The notes below the pieces were generated by a model. That model was not told the DNA's origin. It searched no databases and was given only the letters and a program-made list of their open reading frames with translations. Source: Octopus bimaculoides (taxonomy: Eukaryota). From it: DNA of 64,000 nt. Shown here piece by piece: positions 47,640 to 60,539 of the stretch (position 1 is its first letter; the number at the start of each line of letters is the position of its first letter). The stretch spans positions 106,567,904 through 106,631,903 of the forward strand of contig NC_068986.1 of assembly GCF_001194135.2 (NCBI RefSeq), in the 5' to 3' direction. The translations under genes were made by a program, and so were the position numbers.

Positions 47640-50127
47640 GAGCTACATCTCCGGTTTTCTTTCATGCAACTAAGAGAGCAATCTCACACTTACGATCTGC
47701 GCTGTGCGCAAAAACGTAACGCTGCTTTTTGCAATACATCAATCTTTCATGGGATTTCTAGTTGCCTTAAGAAGTCGTCACGTTTCAATGGGATTGAGTC
47801 CAACGCTCCCATTACCACTGTTATCACCTTTACATCAACCCTCTCGCATGCCATACAGTCTTGTCATTTCCACTTTCAATTTGGAGTACTTCGCGATTTT
47901 TTCAATCTCTTTACTCACAGCATTCATCTCATTTGGTATGGCTACATCAATGATCTGACAGTATTTGTCTCTCTTATTCAATATGACAATATCCGGCCGA
48001 CGGTGTTCGATTACACGATCCGTCTAGAAATCATAGTCCCAGAGTATCGTTCCTTTCCCATCCTCCTCCATAACTTTACTTGGTACATGCTCATACCAAT
48101 TCTCTGTTACTTCATAGTGGTATTTACGGCATAAGAGCCAATGAAGATATGCATTTTATCGTAGCAGCGCTTGTATACTTTATGTGCAAGGCTCTCACAT
48201 TCACTTACCAAGTGGGTCACATTTTCCACACTCTTGCCACAGAGTCTGAATATTTGTGTGTCAAACATTTTGTAGATATTATACTTCACTGAATTGGTAA
48301 CGAGATCCTGGTTTTGTTCGGTGATACGCTTCGAATCCCCTCGCTCCAGCCATGCCCACGATGCTGTATTATCCTTAACGTCCGGTGTATTCCTTTCAAA
48401 CTGTCCATAAATTCTCATTTCAAGAAGGTCTTCTTTGTCCTTCTCTTCAGTTCGTTGGTTAAACTCTTTCTTGTCCATCATTTCATCTGCATTTACACCC
48501 ATACCTTTTGCGGCACCTTGCAGCAGATTTTCATCACAATTTATTAAATACTCGGCAAGTGTTCTCCTTTCACTCCTTATACAATGGTCTTTACTAATAA
48601 TCCTCTGTAACCATTCTTTCTTTTCATATACAGCCAGTTTATGTTTGCTTTAGGATGTAGCGTCCTATGCAGCGTCATCAAATTTCTCGTCCTTCTATAC
48701 AATGTTGATATTTCTTCTTAATCCATTTGAGGATGGAAAAACTATATCTGACCACCGCAACTGCCCAAATATTCATTGCGGTTATCAAATTTTGGGCATT
48801 CGGCTTGGATTTCAACACCAACTTCATCCTTTTTTGACACGCCTCGCTGACCTTGACTTTCATTTCTCTGCGTAGAATGTCATCCAGCTCCAAAATCCCT
48901 AAATATCTATACCCATTATCGTCGGGTTCACCCACGGCCTCTCCTGATGATAACAGGAATCCTCTGCAGAATGCTTTCTTCCCTCAACCTCATATTAAGT
49001 ACTGATAATCCCAAATTCCATACCGATGTCCCTGGACTGTTTTGGTTAAGGAACCTATCTGTTTTCTAGATTTCTCAAACAATTTCAGATCATCCATAAA
49101 CAGAAGATGGTTCAATGGACCTTTCTTCCCACATCGGTAACCCATCTTAATTTTCCTAAGTGTCATTGTTATAGGTATTCGTGCAATTACAAAAAATTAA
49201 CGGAGAAAACGAGCCACATAGAAAGACTTCACATTTAATATTAATTTCCACAAAGAATACATTACTTGAGTACAATTTGGTTTTCGACCCTTTCAAGATA
49301 TTGTCAGCAGTACCAAACATCTGCAGGCATTCAACGCTCCAAGAATGAGGCACCATATTATATGCTTTCTTAAAGTCAAACCATGTTTGTATGATGTTTT
49401 TTTACAATGCCTCAAAACTGTTTTATCGATAACCTTGGTATTCTGATGTAAGAACTCTTCCTACATCCTTTTTGCTCCCTCGGTAGCATTTCTTTCTATG
49501 CCAGGAAAGCGTATGTCTTTGCCGTACATATTCCAGTGAGTATCTTCCAGATTATATTTAGGCATGCTATGGGATGGTAGTATCCCACAATATTCCCCTT
49601 TCTTCTATCTTTCATTACAAATGTTGTCCTCCCAGTCACCATCTACGCAGGGACTGTGCTTTTCTGGATACACTCATTCAATTGGGATGCTAGTCTTTCA
49701 TGCACCGGATGGCATCTCGTCAGCCAAAAGCCATGAATTCCAAATGGTCGAGGCACTTACCCACTTATTCTTTCACTTCACCCCTCCTTATGATAATACT
49801 CCTTTGTTTCTTTCCTCCTTGTAATTTTGCCTTGGCAGTTCCCATCCACATTACATCCATGTGGATGCAATGTAGTGGAAACAGTGTAGTGTGGAAACAG
49901 TGTAGTGCATAAGCACTACACTGTTTCCCCCATAATCCGCTCCAGAACTCCTTGGCTTGATTTGCATGAGGAACAAAATTTTCCCTATTTTGTCCTTCTA
50001 ACGTTCGGAAGAATTGCTTCGGGTTATTTTTTGAGCTGCATATCTCTGTTCACAAATCTTGTGATCTGCCTTTTTGCCATAGTCCTCTGTTTTAACTGCT
50101 CTATTACTGCGTCAAACCTATTCTTCC

Positions 50128-50128
<1 letters not shown>
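47640..50128 (-). mobile_element. 5'-truncated, decayed RLE-type non-LTR retrotransposon (R4/Dong-like)
   Basis: RT motif NHLLFMDDLKL (about 49081-49112), YRYLGI..., YGQF..SWAWL..G, zinc-knuckle remnant RLCG..ENVTHLVSEC, restriction-like endonuclease LWDY..TD..RRPDIV..IIDVAIP; 5' end abuts (TAA)n. Confidence 0.9.
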
Positions 50129-50129
<1 letters not shown>

Positions 50130-50164
<35 letters not shown>

Positions 50165-50177
50165 TACTATTATTATT

Positions 50178-50215
<38 letters not shown>

Positions 50216-50220
50216 AGTTG
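50130..50220. repeat. (ATT)n(GTT)n microsatellite
   Basis: Direct read. Confidence 0.95.
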
Positions 50221-50345
50221 TTTCATTATTAATATATGTTCGGCTTTTGTTTTGTATTTGTACAAGTTGACTCCAAGTCTCACCCAGAGACTTCAAGAGA
50301 CAAGTCAGAAGTTCAAGTTGGTGTTATTACTAGGTCGCCATGTAT
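50221..50345 (-). mobile_element. Probable 3' end of another non-LTR element ending at the same trinucleotide repeat
   Basis: Minus strand gtctctgggtgagacttggagtcaacttgtacaaatacaaaacaaaagccgaacata runs into (AAC)n(AAT)n; the clade assignment is an inference. Confidence 0.45.
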
Positions 50346-51043
50346 TTGGTTTTGCATAGACTTTTGTTCTAGAGAATGTATGTCAAATCACAAGTAAATT
50401 ACAAGTTTGTTTTAAAAGTTATTTGATTATAAAGCGATAGTGTGATGTTAAAATGACAGTAAAATATGTTTTCTGTTATGTACATTTAAAAGTATTCCGA
50501 CAACGTTTACGGATTAAAATATTATTATTATTATTATTATATTTATAGGTCTACACAAACCATACAAAGTTTTTGGTTAGCAATAATTTTAACCAGGTTA
50601 AACGAAATGTACATAAATGAAACGCTGTATACCAAAAAATATTATTGCTGTCGCGCCAGAAATATTAAACTAAATACACTGCACAATATCGATATTGTAG
50701 AACATATGGACAAATAAATGTTTGCTATCTCAGCCACATACGTCATTCTAATCGAAAACAATCTTACGCATCATTTCAAGTAATTTCTGAAAGAAGAGAC
50801 AAAATAATAACTCTTCAAACCACATTGAAGATAAATTTTCGCCAGAATGATTAAGTCACAGTCAATTTCCTTTCACTGGCTAATTATCTGGTCATTGATA
50901 AAGAATAGGAAATCAAGTAGAAGATTTTCTTTTTTAAAATATAAAATTTGTGTTAAATAATGTTGAAAATTGTTTTGTAACACTTCTTTCCTCAAGTATG
51001 TATTTTCCGTTGCACTCATTATTTCTTTATTAATATGTTTTCA

Positions 51044-51617
51044 TTGTTTTACGTTCTGAGTTCAAATTCCGCCGAGGTCGACTTTGCCTTTCATCGCTTC
51101 GGCCTGGATAAATTAAGTACCAGTTGCGTACTGGGGTAGATGTAATCGACTGTCCCCCTCCCCAAANNNNNNNNNNNNNNNNNNNNNNNNNNNNNNNNNN
51201 NNNNNNNNNNNNNNNNNNNNNNNNNNNNNNNNNNNNNNNNNNNNNNNNNNNNNNNNNNNNNNNNNNNNNNNNNNNNNNNNNNNNNNNNNNNNNNNNNNNN
51301 NNNNNNNNNNNNNNNNNNNNNNNNNNNNNNNNNNNNNNNNNNNNNNNNNNNNNNNNNNNNNNNNNNNNNNNNNNNNNNNNNNNNNNNNNNNNNNNNNNNN
51401 NNNNNNNNNNNNNNNNNNNNNNNNNNNNNNNNNNNNNNNNNNNNNNNNNNNNNNNNNNATTGTTTTACGTTCTGAGTTCAAATTCCGCCGAGGTCGACTT
51501 TGCCTTTCATCGCTTCGGCCTGGATAAATTAAGTACCAGTTGCGTACAGGGGTCGTTCTAATCAACTGATCCCCTGCCCCAAAATTTCGGACCTTGTACC
51601 TAGAGTAGAAAAGAATT
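51044..51617 (+). mobile_element. Two 5'-truncated family A SINE copies (51044-51167 and 51459-51617) flanking an N gap
   Basis: Identical over the first ~85 bp including the diagnostic catcgcttcggcctggataaa, then divergent. Confidence 0.85.
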
Positions 51618-51994
51618 TGTTTTCTGTGTCTAAAAACAAAACTTTAGTTAATTGCTTAGTTCCCAGAATAAAAATAAATATGACTATTTATTTTTATAGA
51701 AGAGAAATAGAAACTTACATTTTACGCTCTTTATGTTAGAACTATTTCGCCACTAAATGCATATATTTAAACTCATTTGGTTTTATATTTATACAATAAG
51801 AACAGAAACAAAATTTTAATAAAAAGAGTTTGCCAGTAATTGCTACAGGAATCAAGTGTGTAGCGTACTATGTGAATTGAAAATGCTTGTGACACAAGCA
51901 AATACAGACTCGAACAACATATTTCAGATTTCAATAACATTGTAGAAGGATTTCCAATTATATATTTGTGATATAATAATAATATTTATAATCG

Positions 51995-52206
51995 TTTCCA
52001 CTATTGACACAAGGCCTAAAATTTTGGAGGAGAGGCCTGTCGATCACATGGACCCATGTGCAAAACTGGTACTTATATCATTGACCCTGAAATGATGAAA
52101 GGCAAAGTCGACCTCGACGGAATTTGAGCTCAGAACATAAAAGACAGACGAGATGCCGCTAAGCATTTTGCCCGGAGTGCTCACGATCTTGCCACTACGC
52201 CACCTT
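51995..52206 (-). mobile_element. Family A SINE
   Basis: Collinear degenerate match to 8604-8817. Confidence 0.85.
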
Positions 52207-52258
52207 AATAATAATAATAATAATAATAATAATGATAATAATAATAATGATGATGATA

Positions 52259-52298
<40 letters not shown>

Positions 52299-52366
52299 CG
52301 ATGATAATGATGATGATGTTGATAATGATGATGATAATAATAGTAATAATAATAATAATAATAATA
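52205..52366. repeat. (AAT)n(GAT)n(AAT)n compound microsatellite
   Basis: Direct read. Confidence 0.95.
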
Positions 52367-52628
52367 TCTAGCTGGACCTGTGAAAACTTAACGGAAAACA
52401 TAAAAAAACTATAAGCATCTATAAATTGCATGGTGGTGGCTTGAAAAATAATTCTATGTTGTGACATTTACAGAATATGGAAAGAAGTGAAAAACCGATA
52501 ACAATATAATCACAACAAAATATTTGTTATGCAAACGTAAACAGAATTACTATTTAGCCTTAAAATACATCGTGCATATTCAATGAACCTTCTTGGTTTA
52601 GTGGTATGGAACGTTCTTCAGGTGTTCT

Positions 52629-53478
52629 GTTACTTGTTTCAGTCATCTGACTGTGGTCATGCTGGAGCACCACCCTTCAGTCGAAGAAATTGAGCCCTGG
52701 ACTTATTCCCTGTAAGCCTGGTGCTTATTCTATCAGTTTCTTCTGCCGAAACACTAAGTTACGGGGATTCAAACACACCGAAATCGGTTGTCAAGTGATG
52801 GTGGTGGGAGGCTAAACACACACACACACACACACACACAGATATATATATATATATAATATAATATAGGATAAATTCTTTATAAGAATTTATCAAGTAG
52901 TCAGCGTGAAAAAACCTCATAATGAAAAAATAACGAAAAATTTCGTAATGAAAAGATTCATCGTTTCTTCATAGATATATTTAAATATATATAAAGGGCA
53001 TTAACTGTGTATNNNNNNNNNNNNNNNNNNNNNNNNNNNNNNNNNNNNNNNNNNNNNNNNNNNNNNNNNNNNNNNNNNNNNNNNNNNNNNNNNNNNNNNN
53101 NNNNNNNNNNNNNNNNNNNNNNNNNNNNNNNNNNNNNNNNNNNNNNNNNNNNNNNNNNNNNNNNNNNNNNNNNNNNNNNNNNNNNNNNNNNNNNNNNNNN
53201 NNNNNNNNNNNNNNNNNNNNNNNNNNNNNNNNNNNNNNNNNNNNNNNNNNNNNNNNNNNNNNNNNNNNNNNNNNNNNNNNNNNNNNNNNNNNNNNNNNNN
53301 NNNNNNNNNNNNNNNNNNNNNNNNNNNNNNNNNNNNNNNNNNNNNNNNNNNNNNNNNNNNNNNNNNNNNNNNNNNNNNNNNNNNNNNNNNNNNNNNNNNN
53401 NNNNNNNNNNNNNNATATATGAAGGGCTTCTTTCAGATTCCGTCTGCCAAATCTATTGACAAGGCTTTGGTCGGCCCT
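52629..53478 (-). mobile_element. Family B SINE pieces (3' half 52629-52850, central piece 53420-53478) around an insertion and a gap
   Basis: Matches the reverse complement of 14072-14483. Confidence 0.75.
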
Positions 53479-53851
53479 GAAAGAAAAGGAAGGGAGTGGA
53501 GCGTGTTTGTAGTTTGTAGAGAAAACATTAAGCGTGCCTGAAAAACAAAATGGTATTTCGCCCCAAGTAAAAGACATGAAGAACTATCAAACAAAACGAA
53601 TAAGTAACAGGGTTAGGGGAAAGAAGAGAGAACTAACACTGGATCCTTCTAGAACACCCAGAATAAAAACCTAAACACCTGAAATACCTTCTCTGTATTC
53701 ATTATTAAATCTCTTTTCCTCTTTTTCATTACTGAAAGTAAAGAAGCTAGAAACGATCGATTGTATATCAGTTCAATCATTGTAAATGATTGAAGCTTTC
53801 CGTTCCGTGTCTTTATTGCTTAACTTCTTTTCTCTTCGGTTAAGAGAGTGA

Positions 53852-54090
53852 AGGTGCGTGGCTCAGTGGTTAGGGATATTCGACCCATGGTCGTAAGGTA
53901 ATGAGTACGATACCCGGCAATGAGCTGTGTTCTTAAGTAAGGCATTCTACTTCACCTTGCTGCAGTCCACTCAGCTGGCAAAAATGTAATCCAAAGAGGC
54001 CAGCCTCGCGACATTCTGTCTGAGGCTGAATCTCCCTGAGAACTACGTTAATGGTATGCATGTCTGTGGAGTACTCAGCCTCTTGTGCAT
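53852..54090 (+). mobile_element. CORE-type tRNA SINE (family D) sharing its 3' segment with family C
   Basis: tRNA-like head ggtgcgtggctcagtggttagg; 3' gctgaatctccctgagaactacgttaatggtatgcatgtctgtggagtactcagcc matches the family C body. Confidence 0.75.
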
Positions 54091-55101
54091 TAGTCTAATC
54101 CTTATGTGGTAATGAAGAGTGAAAGTGACTTCCAATATTTGATGTAGTTCTATGTCTTTGATTTAACAATATGTCTATGTATCTACTTTTCTTTCGATGT
54201 ATGNNNNNNNNNNNNNNNNNNNNNNNNNNNNNNNNNNNNNNNNNNNNNNNNNNNNNNNNNNNNNNNNNNNNNNNNNNNNNNNNNNNNNNNNNNNNNNNNN
54301 NNNNNNNNNNNNNNNNNNNNNNNNNNNNNNNNNNNNNNNNNNNNNNNNNNNNNNNNNNNNNNNNNNNNNNNNNNNNNNNNNNNNNNNNNNNNNNNNNNNN
54401 NNNNNNNNNNNNNNNNNNNNNNNNNNNNNNNNNNNNNNNNNNNNNNNNNNNNNNNNNNNNNNNNNNNNNNNNNNNNNNNNNNNNNNNNNNNNNNNNNNNN
54501 NNNNNNNNNNNNNNNNNNNNNNNNNNNNNNNNNNNNNNNNNNNNNNNNNNNNNNNNNNNNNNNNNNNNNNNNNNNNNNNNNNNNNNNNNNNNNNNNNNNN
54601 NNNNNNNNNNNNNNNNNNNNNNNNNNNNNNNNNNNNNNNNNNNNNNNNNNNNNNNNNNNNNNNNNNNNNNNNNNNNNNNNNNNNNNNNNNNNNNNNNNNN
54701 NNNNNNNNNNNNNNNNNNNNNNNNNNNNNNNNNNNNNNNNNNNNNNNNNNNNNNNNNNNNNNNNNNNNNNNNNNNNNNNNNNNNNNNNNNNNNNNNNNNN
54801 NNNNNNNNNNNNNNNNNNNNNNNNNNNNNNNNNNNNNNNNNNNNNNNNNNNNNNNNNNNNNNNNNNNNNNNNNNNNNNNNNNNNNNNNNNNNNNNNNNNN
54901 NNNNNNNNNNNNNNNNNNNNNNNNNNNNNNNNNNNNNNNNNNNNNNNNNNNNNNNNNNNNNNNNNNNNNNNNNNNNNNNNNNNNNNNNNNNNNNNNNNNN
55001 NNNNNNNNNNNNNNNNNNNNNNNNNNNNNNNNNNNNNNNNNNNNNNNNNNNNNNNNNNNNNNNNNNNNNNNNNNNNNNNNNNNNNNNNNNNNNNNNNNNN
55101 N

Positions 55102-55264
55102 CATGTGTGTGTGTAAGTCTGTGTCTGTGTTTGTCCCCCCAACATCGCTTGACAACAGAGGCTGGTGTGTTTACGTCCCCGTCACCTAGCGGTTCGGCAA
55201 AACAGACCGATAGAATAAGTGCTAGGCTTATAAAGAATAAGTCCTGGGGTCGATTTGCTCGACT
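55102..55264 (+). mobile_element. Family B SINE 3' portion
   Basis: Matches 14270-14420. Confidence 0.85.
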
Positions 55265-56109
55265 TTCATTATATACACACATTCGTAAATCTATAATACT
55301 TAAATATAGAATCGTGTTTTTGCAAGCTTGTCAGTGTGTCGGTAGTATTTTTGATGATAAATGTCACGCAGTATGTGATTTAAATGTTTTAACTGTTAGG
55401 CGCAAATGTAATTTGGCTATATTATATATTTGGATATCCGAAAAGGCCACTGTTTGTAACCTAGGTACTATGTTCTTATAGGTTAACGATGTATGTAAGT
55501 ACCGTTATAAGGAGGTAAGACAGATTCAGACTTAGAATGAGCGTTGATATTAAAAACGAAATGAAATATATGCTAGGAATTTTTTTATAAGTGAAAGGTT
55601 ATTGAATATCATTGAAGAGATAAAGTCCAGTGAGTTTACATACGTGTGAGATAACAATAAAATTTATTGCAATAAATTGGAACATGCATGCCCTGTGTGG
55701 GATGTGATTTATGAAAAAGCATAAGACAAAATACCAATTAAATTTAATTACAGAGGTGAAATGAATGCATAGTATTTTATTTTTGTAGATGAAAACTAAC
55801 AAATGAAAAGAAAACCAGAATATATAGGAGAAAAATAATACGCATATACGCTGCACGTTTACGTGAGCACAAGCGGTAGTCGGTGTATTCGGTTTCGCTG
55901 AGAATTGCGGAATGGAGGTAACTGGGGCACATTTTTGCGGTACAAGTAGAATCTTTTAGTGTTATCATAGATCAATCCGTGATATGCGTAACGCGGTTCA
56001 AAATTGTTATCTCGGCTGAATGATGAATGAATTAGCGATGAACGAGCTTACATGTAGTCTACTGATTTCTCCCATTCCGTTTCAATTGTATATGAAATAA
56101 ATAAAAGGG

Positions 56110-56169
56110 AGAGAGTGCGTGAGAGAGAGACAGAGAGAGAGAGAGAGAGTGAGAGAGAGACAGAGAGAT

Positions 56170-56210
<41 letters not shown>
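56110..56210. repeat. (GA)n microsatellite
   Basis: Direct read. Confidence 0.95.
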
Positions 56211-56211
<1 letters not shown>

Positions 56212-57589
56212 ATAAGAGTTTAGTTCATATCAGGATGAGTACAGACACTGGTTTGTTGGCAGGAAACGGTAAATTTNNNNNNNNNNTAAATTTTAATTTT
56301 ATTTTAATATAATAAGTATTTTACCTTTAACAATATGTATTTATTGCATCCCTTTTTTTTTTGTATGGGTACCAAAATATTTCATGAAAGTTAATTTAGA
56401 ATTACTGCTTGCAATATTTCCTGTAGTTGCCCATGGTGGCAAAATTATACTTTCGAAGTTACCTGTCATATGAAAAGTAACACTAGTTAAATTATGATTT
56501 GTTTTCCTTTCTTAATCGGGGAATTAACAAAGGAAACTAATGACTCTGGCTGAGAGCTTTATCACTTGATTAATCTGTTTGTAACCGGCTTAATCAGAGG
56601 AAGAAAGGGAATATCCATGACATTTTACATGGCTTCTGAAACCGAAGGAGGAAAGGAAAGAATCTACATCTCTTAGAATAGTACAATAGAAAGTAGTACA
56701 GTAAAATATCTTTAGGCTTGAGACCGCGTCACGATGCTACAACAGTGTCTGTCTATTTGTTTGTCAGTCTGTCTCTCTGTTTATCTATTTGTCGGTCGTT
56801 CCTTCTTTCAGGTTTCCTGATGAGCGAATTTATTGGAACTCTATTTCCCTTTCATTAAGGAATATCTATGTTTTCGTAAAATGATATTTAAAGATTAATT
56901 TATACAAATAAGGATCCGAACCTCTTGCCTTAAATCCAAAAAATATCTATTACACGACATTGGCGCACGTATATCTTCCAGCTCCCTAATCTTTGAATAA
57001 CACTGCGCCCAAATAATGCATCTCGCTGTTACAACTAGGCGCCTAGTTATATGTCCTCACAGAAACAGGCCTAAAAGTACTCTCACAAAGGCCTATATGA
57101 TTAGATAAACCTATATAGTTTGTTAGGAGCTTTGTAATATATCAAAGAATACTTTAGAAAATAAATATACCGTGAACATTTTCCCAATTTTCTGCAAGAT
57201 GTTTCCATGCAAATCTATTATATCTTCTGAGTCCAGCGATGATGACGAATTCATCTCAAGTAATCAATGTGCAAAGATTATTGACTGCTATTTTGTAATT
57301 AAAGCACTTTTTTAAGTAAGTGATATAAATAAATATGAACAAGAGACGATCATTCCATTTAATTCCTACCAAATGCTTAATTTCGTTTGATGATCCTCAC
57401 ACACAAAGGAATTAGCCTCATCTCTCTCCGAAGGTTAAATATTCTAGTAGTTTCTCGATCACTTTATCAATTTGTTTCTTATATTAGAGTGTATGGAGTC
57501 GAGTCTTCGACAGCCACGCTTGCTTTTAGTGCAGTCGTAAGGAAGAATCAATACGACATATCACGTGGCAAAACAGGCCCATTGAAACA

Positions 57590-57765
57590 AAGATGGAGTC
57601 CATCCATCAGGTTTCCACACAGTTTCCGACGATTCGGTTTCACTCACAAGACATATTTTCGCCAGAGTCTAAAACAGGAGATATTTACCCAAGATGCTTC
57701 GCAGTCGGATCGTATCCGGAACATCGTGATTACGAAATGAAATTCTTAACCACTCGTCCATCTCA
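57590..57765 (-). mobile_element. Old family B-related SINE 5' half
   Basis: Minus strand gtggttaagaa..gttccggatacgatccgactgcg..catcttgggtaaat..cttgtgagtga..cggaaactgtgtggaa. Confidence 0.6.
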
Positions 57766-58624
57766 ACACTTATGCACATCACGCATACATCAGCATTCAA
57801 ATACAGAGACTATTTACGAAGATTACGAAGTGTTACTCATAACGTTATCTATTCTAATTAGTAAGCTGCTCTCCCTATTATATCTCAACTTTAATATTAC
57901 AATCCTCTGTCAATTAAAAATATCGATACCAGTTTTTTTTTTCTCGCTCGTTATCGAATATTACAAATAACGCAAGCAGAATTTTAACTGTTTAATGTTT
58001 CAAAATCGATTTACAAGTTATGTTTAGTAGTGAAAGAATCAAACATGCAACTAATCAGTTCTTAATCACTGCACATGATAAAACTCATAAAATGTATAAG
58101 GACATATAATGTATAACTACAGGATGTTGTACCACGCAAGCTTAATAATAAACATTAACTAGCAGGGCCTGTGAATATTTCACGGAATTAATGGTAAACA
58201 TTGGTTTATTTCTGAAAACTTTATCCCGGAAAACTTCAAAGCGTAGCCTGTGCTGTGTCTGTATCAAAAGATAGTCGCTCATCTGCTAATCATCGAAAAG
58301 TGAAAGAAATTGGAATACGATGATTATGGAATATACTTTATATATACACTTTATATGCTTTATGCACAATTTTATAGCCTTAATACACAGCACTCATAAA
58401 ATAAATATTCACTCTTTTTTTTTTCCATTTTCCCATAAAAAAAAGTAATCCCGCTCAAATGATACAGCCTTTAGTCAAATTGCTGAATATTTCACGAAAT
58501 TGCACCTATGCGCATACGTTAAGTGACAAGTGATATAAAAAAAAGAGTTAGTTCAAATTAAAAAAAAAATACACTTTCACTGTCCAATCACCACCACCAC
58601 CTCCATCTCAACGAGTATATATAT

Positions 58625-58666
<42 letters not shown>

Positions 58667-60539
58667 NNNNNNNNNNNNNNNNNNNNNNNNNNNNNNNNNN
58701 NNNNNNNNNNNNNNNNNNNNNNNNNNNNNNNNNNNNNNNNNNNNNNNNNNNNNNNNNNNNNNNNNNNNNNNNNNNNNNNNNNNNNNNNNNNNNNNNNNNN
58801 NNNNNNNNNNNNNNNNNNNNNNNNNNNNNNNNNNNNNNNNNNNNNNNNNNNNNNNNNNNNNNNNNNNNNNNNNNNNNNNNNNNNNNNNNNNNNNNNNNNN
58901 NNNNNNNNNNNNNNNNNNNNNNNNNNNNNNNNNNNNNNNNNNNNNNNNNNNNNNNNNNNNNNNNNNNNNNNNNNNNNNNNNNNNNNNNNNNNNNNNNNNN
59001 NNNNNNNNNNNNNNNNNNNNNNNNNNNNNNNNNNNNNNNNNNNNNNNNNNNNNNNNNNNNNNNNNNNNNNNNNNNNNNNNNNNNNNNNNNNNNNNNNNNN
59101 NNNNNNNNNNNNNNNNNNNNNNNNNNNNNNNNNNNNNNNNNNNNNNNNNNNNNNNNNNNNNNNNNNNNNNNNNNNNNNNNNNNNNNNNNNNNNNNNNNNN
59201 NNNNNNNNNNNNNNNNNNNNNNNNNNNNNNNNNNNNNNNNNNNNNNNNNNNNNNNNNNNNNNNNNNNNNNNNNNNNNNNNNNNNNNNNNNNNNNNNNNNN
59301 NNNNNNNNNNNNNNNNNNNNNNNNNNNNNNNNNNNNNNNNNNNNNNNNNNNNNNNNNNNNNNNNNNNNNNNNNNNNNNNNNNNNNNNNNNNNNNNNNNNN
59401 NNNNNNNNNNNNNNNNNNNNNNNNNNNNNNNNNNNNNNNNNNNNNNNNNNNNNNNNNNNNNNNNNNNNNNNNNNNNNNNNNNNNNNNNNNNNNNNNNNNN
59501 NNNNNNNNNNNNNNNNNNNNNNNNNNNNNNNNNNNNNNNNNNNNNNNNNNNNNNNNNNNNNNNNNNNNNATATATATATATATATATATATATATATACG
59601 CACACACACACTTACACACATGAATCTCTTCACATGTGTATCTCTTCTTATAAATATACATAAGTGCGAAGAGATACACAACACTCATAAATCTTTTGTA
59701 TTGTGTAACATCTGGAAATAGCCATATATTATCAGCAAATTGTAACAATAACAATTTCAACATTTCTGGTCTGTAATGCAATAAATATTCAACTTCATAA
59801 CCTTAATAGAAAGTGTGTATTTTCCGTCTGGATTTTCGAAACGCCTAGCTTTTGTAATATTTTATTTTATTTTCTTACTGCGGTTTTCAGTGTTGTGTAA
59901 CTGTTAGTTGAACTTTTGATTATGATAATAACTTGGTTTCTGATAACAGGAATCCCTCGTTTTCGAAAATCTGGCAGGGACGCGAAATTGCTTAATTCAA
60001 ATTTTATTCTCCTATTGGTTTTCATAACATCAAGTGAGATTGCATTTCTATAGACTTTTTCAGAAACAAAAAAGGAATGAAAGAAAAGAAAACAACAGTG
60101 AACAGGCAAGGCGATCACCTACATGCGTGGAATTAACTATTTCTAAACTTGCATAGCAAAATATGGATACAAAAAGCCCAAAAACATTTCAATTGGAAAA
60201 CGTATATTCTCATCGCAAAAGTGGTGTCCACTGTATGAGGGGGACGGGGAATCAGCATCACCTAGATGATGGATAATATTTCCTTTCTTATAGTTCCTTA
60301 TCGTCAGAATCAGCTTGAGCGGTGAAGAACTTATCCAAAGTTGTTTGTGGTTTATAATACATCATCTCTTAGTACAGCTCAGCATAGAAACTGTGCTTAT
60401 TGTAAACTCATTTTGTAATTTTCATGTTATATTCATGATTAGATTTATTATCATCAAAAATCTGCAGCCCTTCCTCTAGAAGTGCCAAACCTTTAGCTAC
60501 GATTTTTGTACTCAGTTTAAGTCATGCAGGTTATAACAG

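Noticed and set aside
231-52467. ORFs made of HT/CV/YI/IYLS/poly-N/poly-I/poly-D runs
   Set aside because: These are translations of CA, TG, TA, TATC, AAT and GAT microsatellites.
1951-59781. Long ORFs containing X runs (e.g. 41375-42501, 54095-55481, 58577-59781)
   Set aside because: They are open only because N gaps contain no stop codons.
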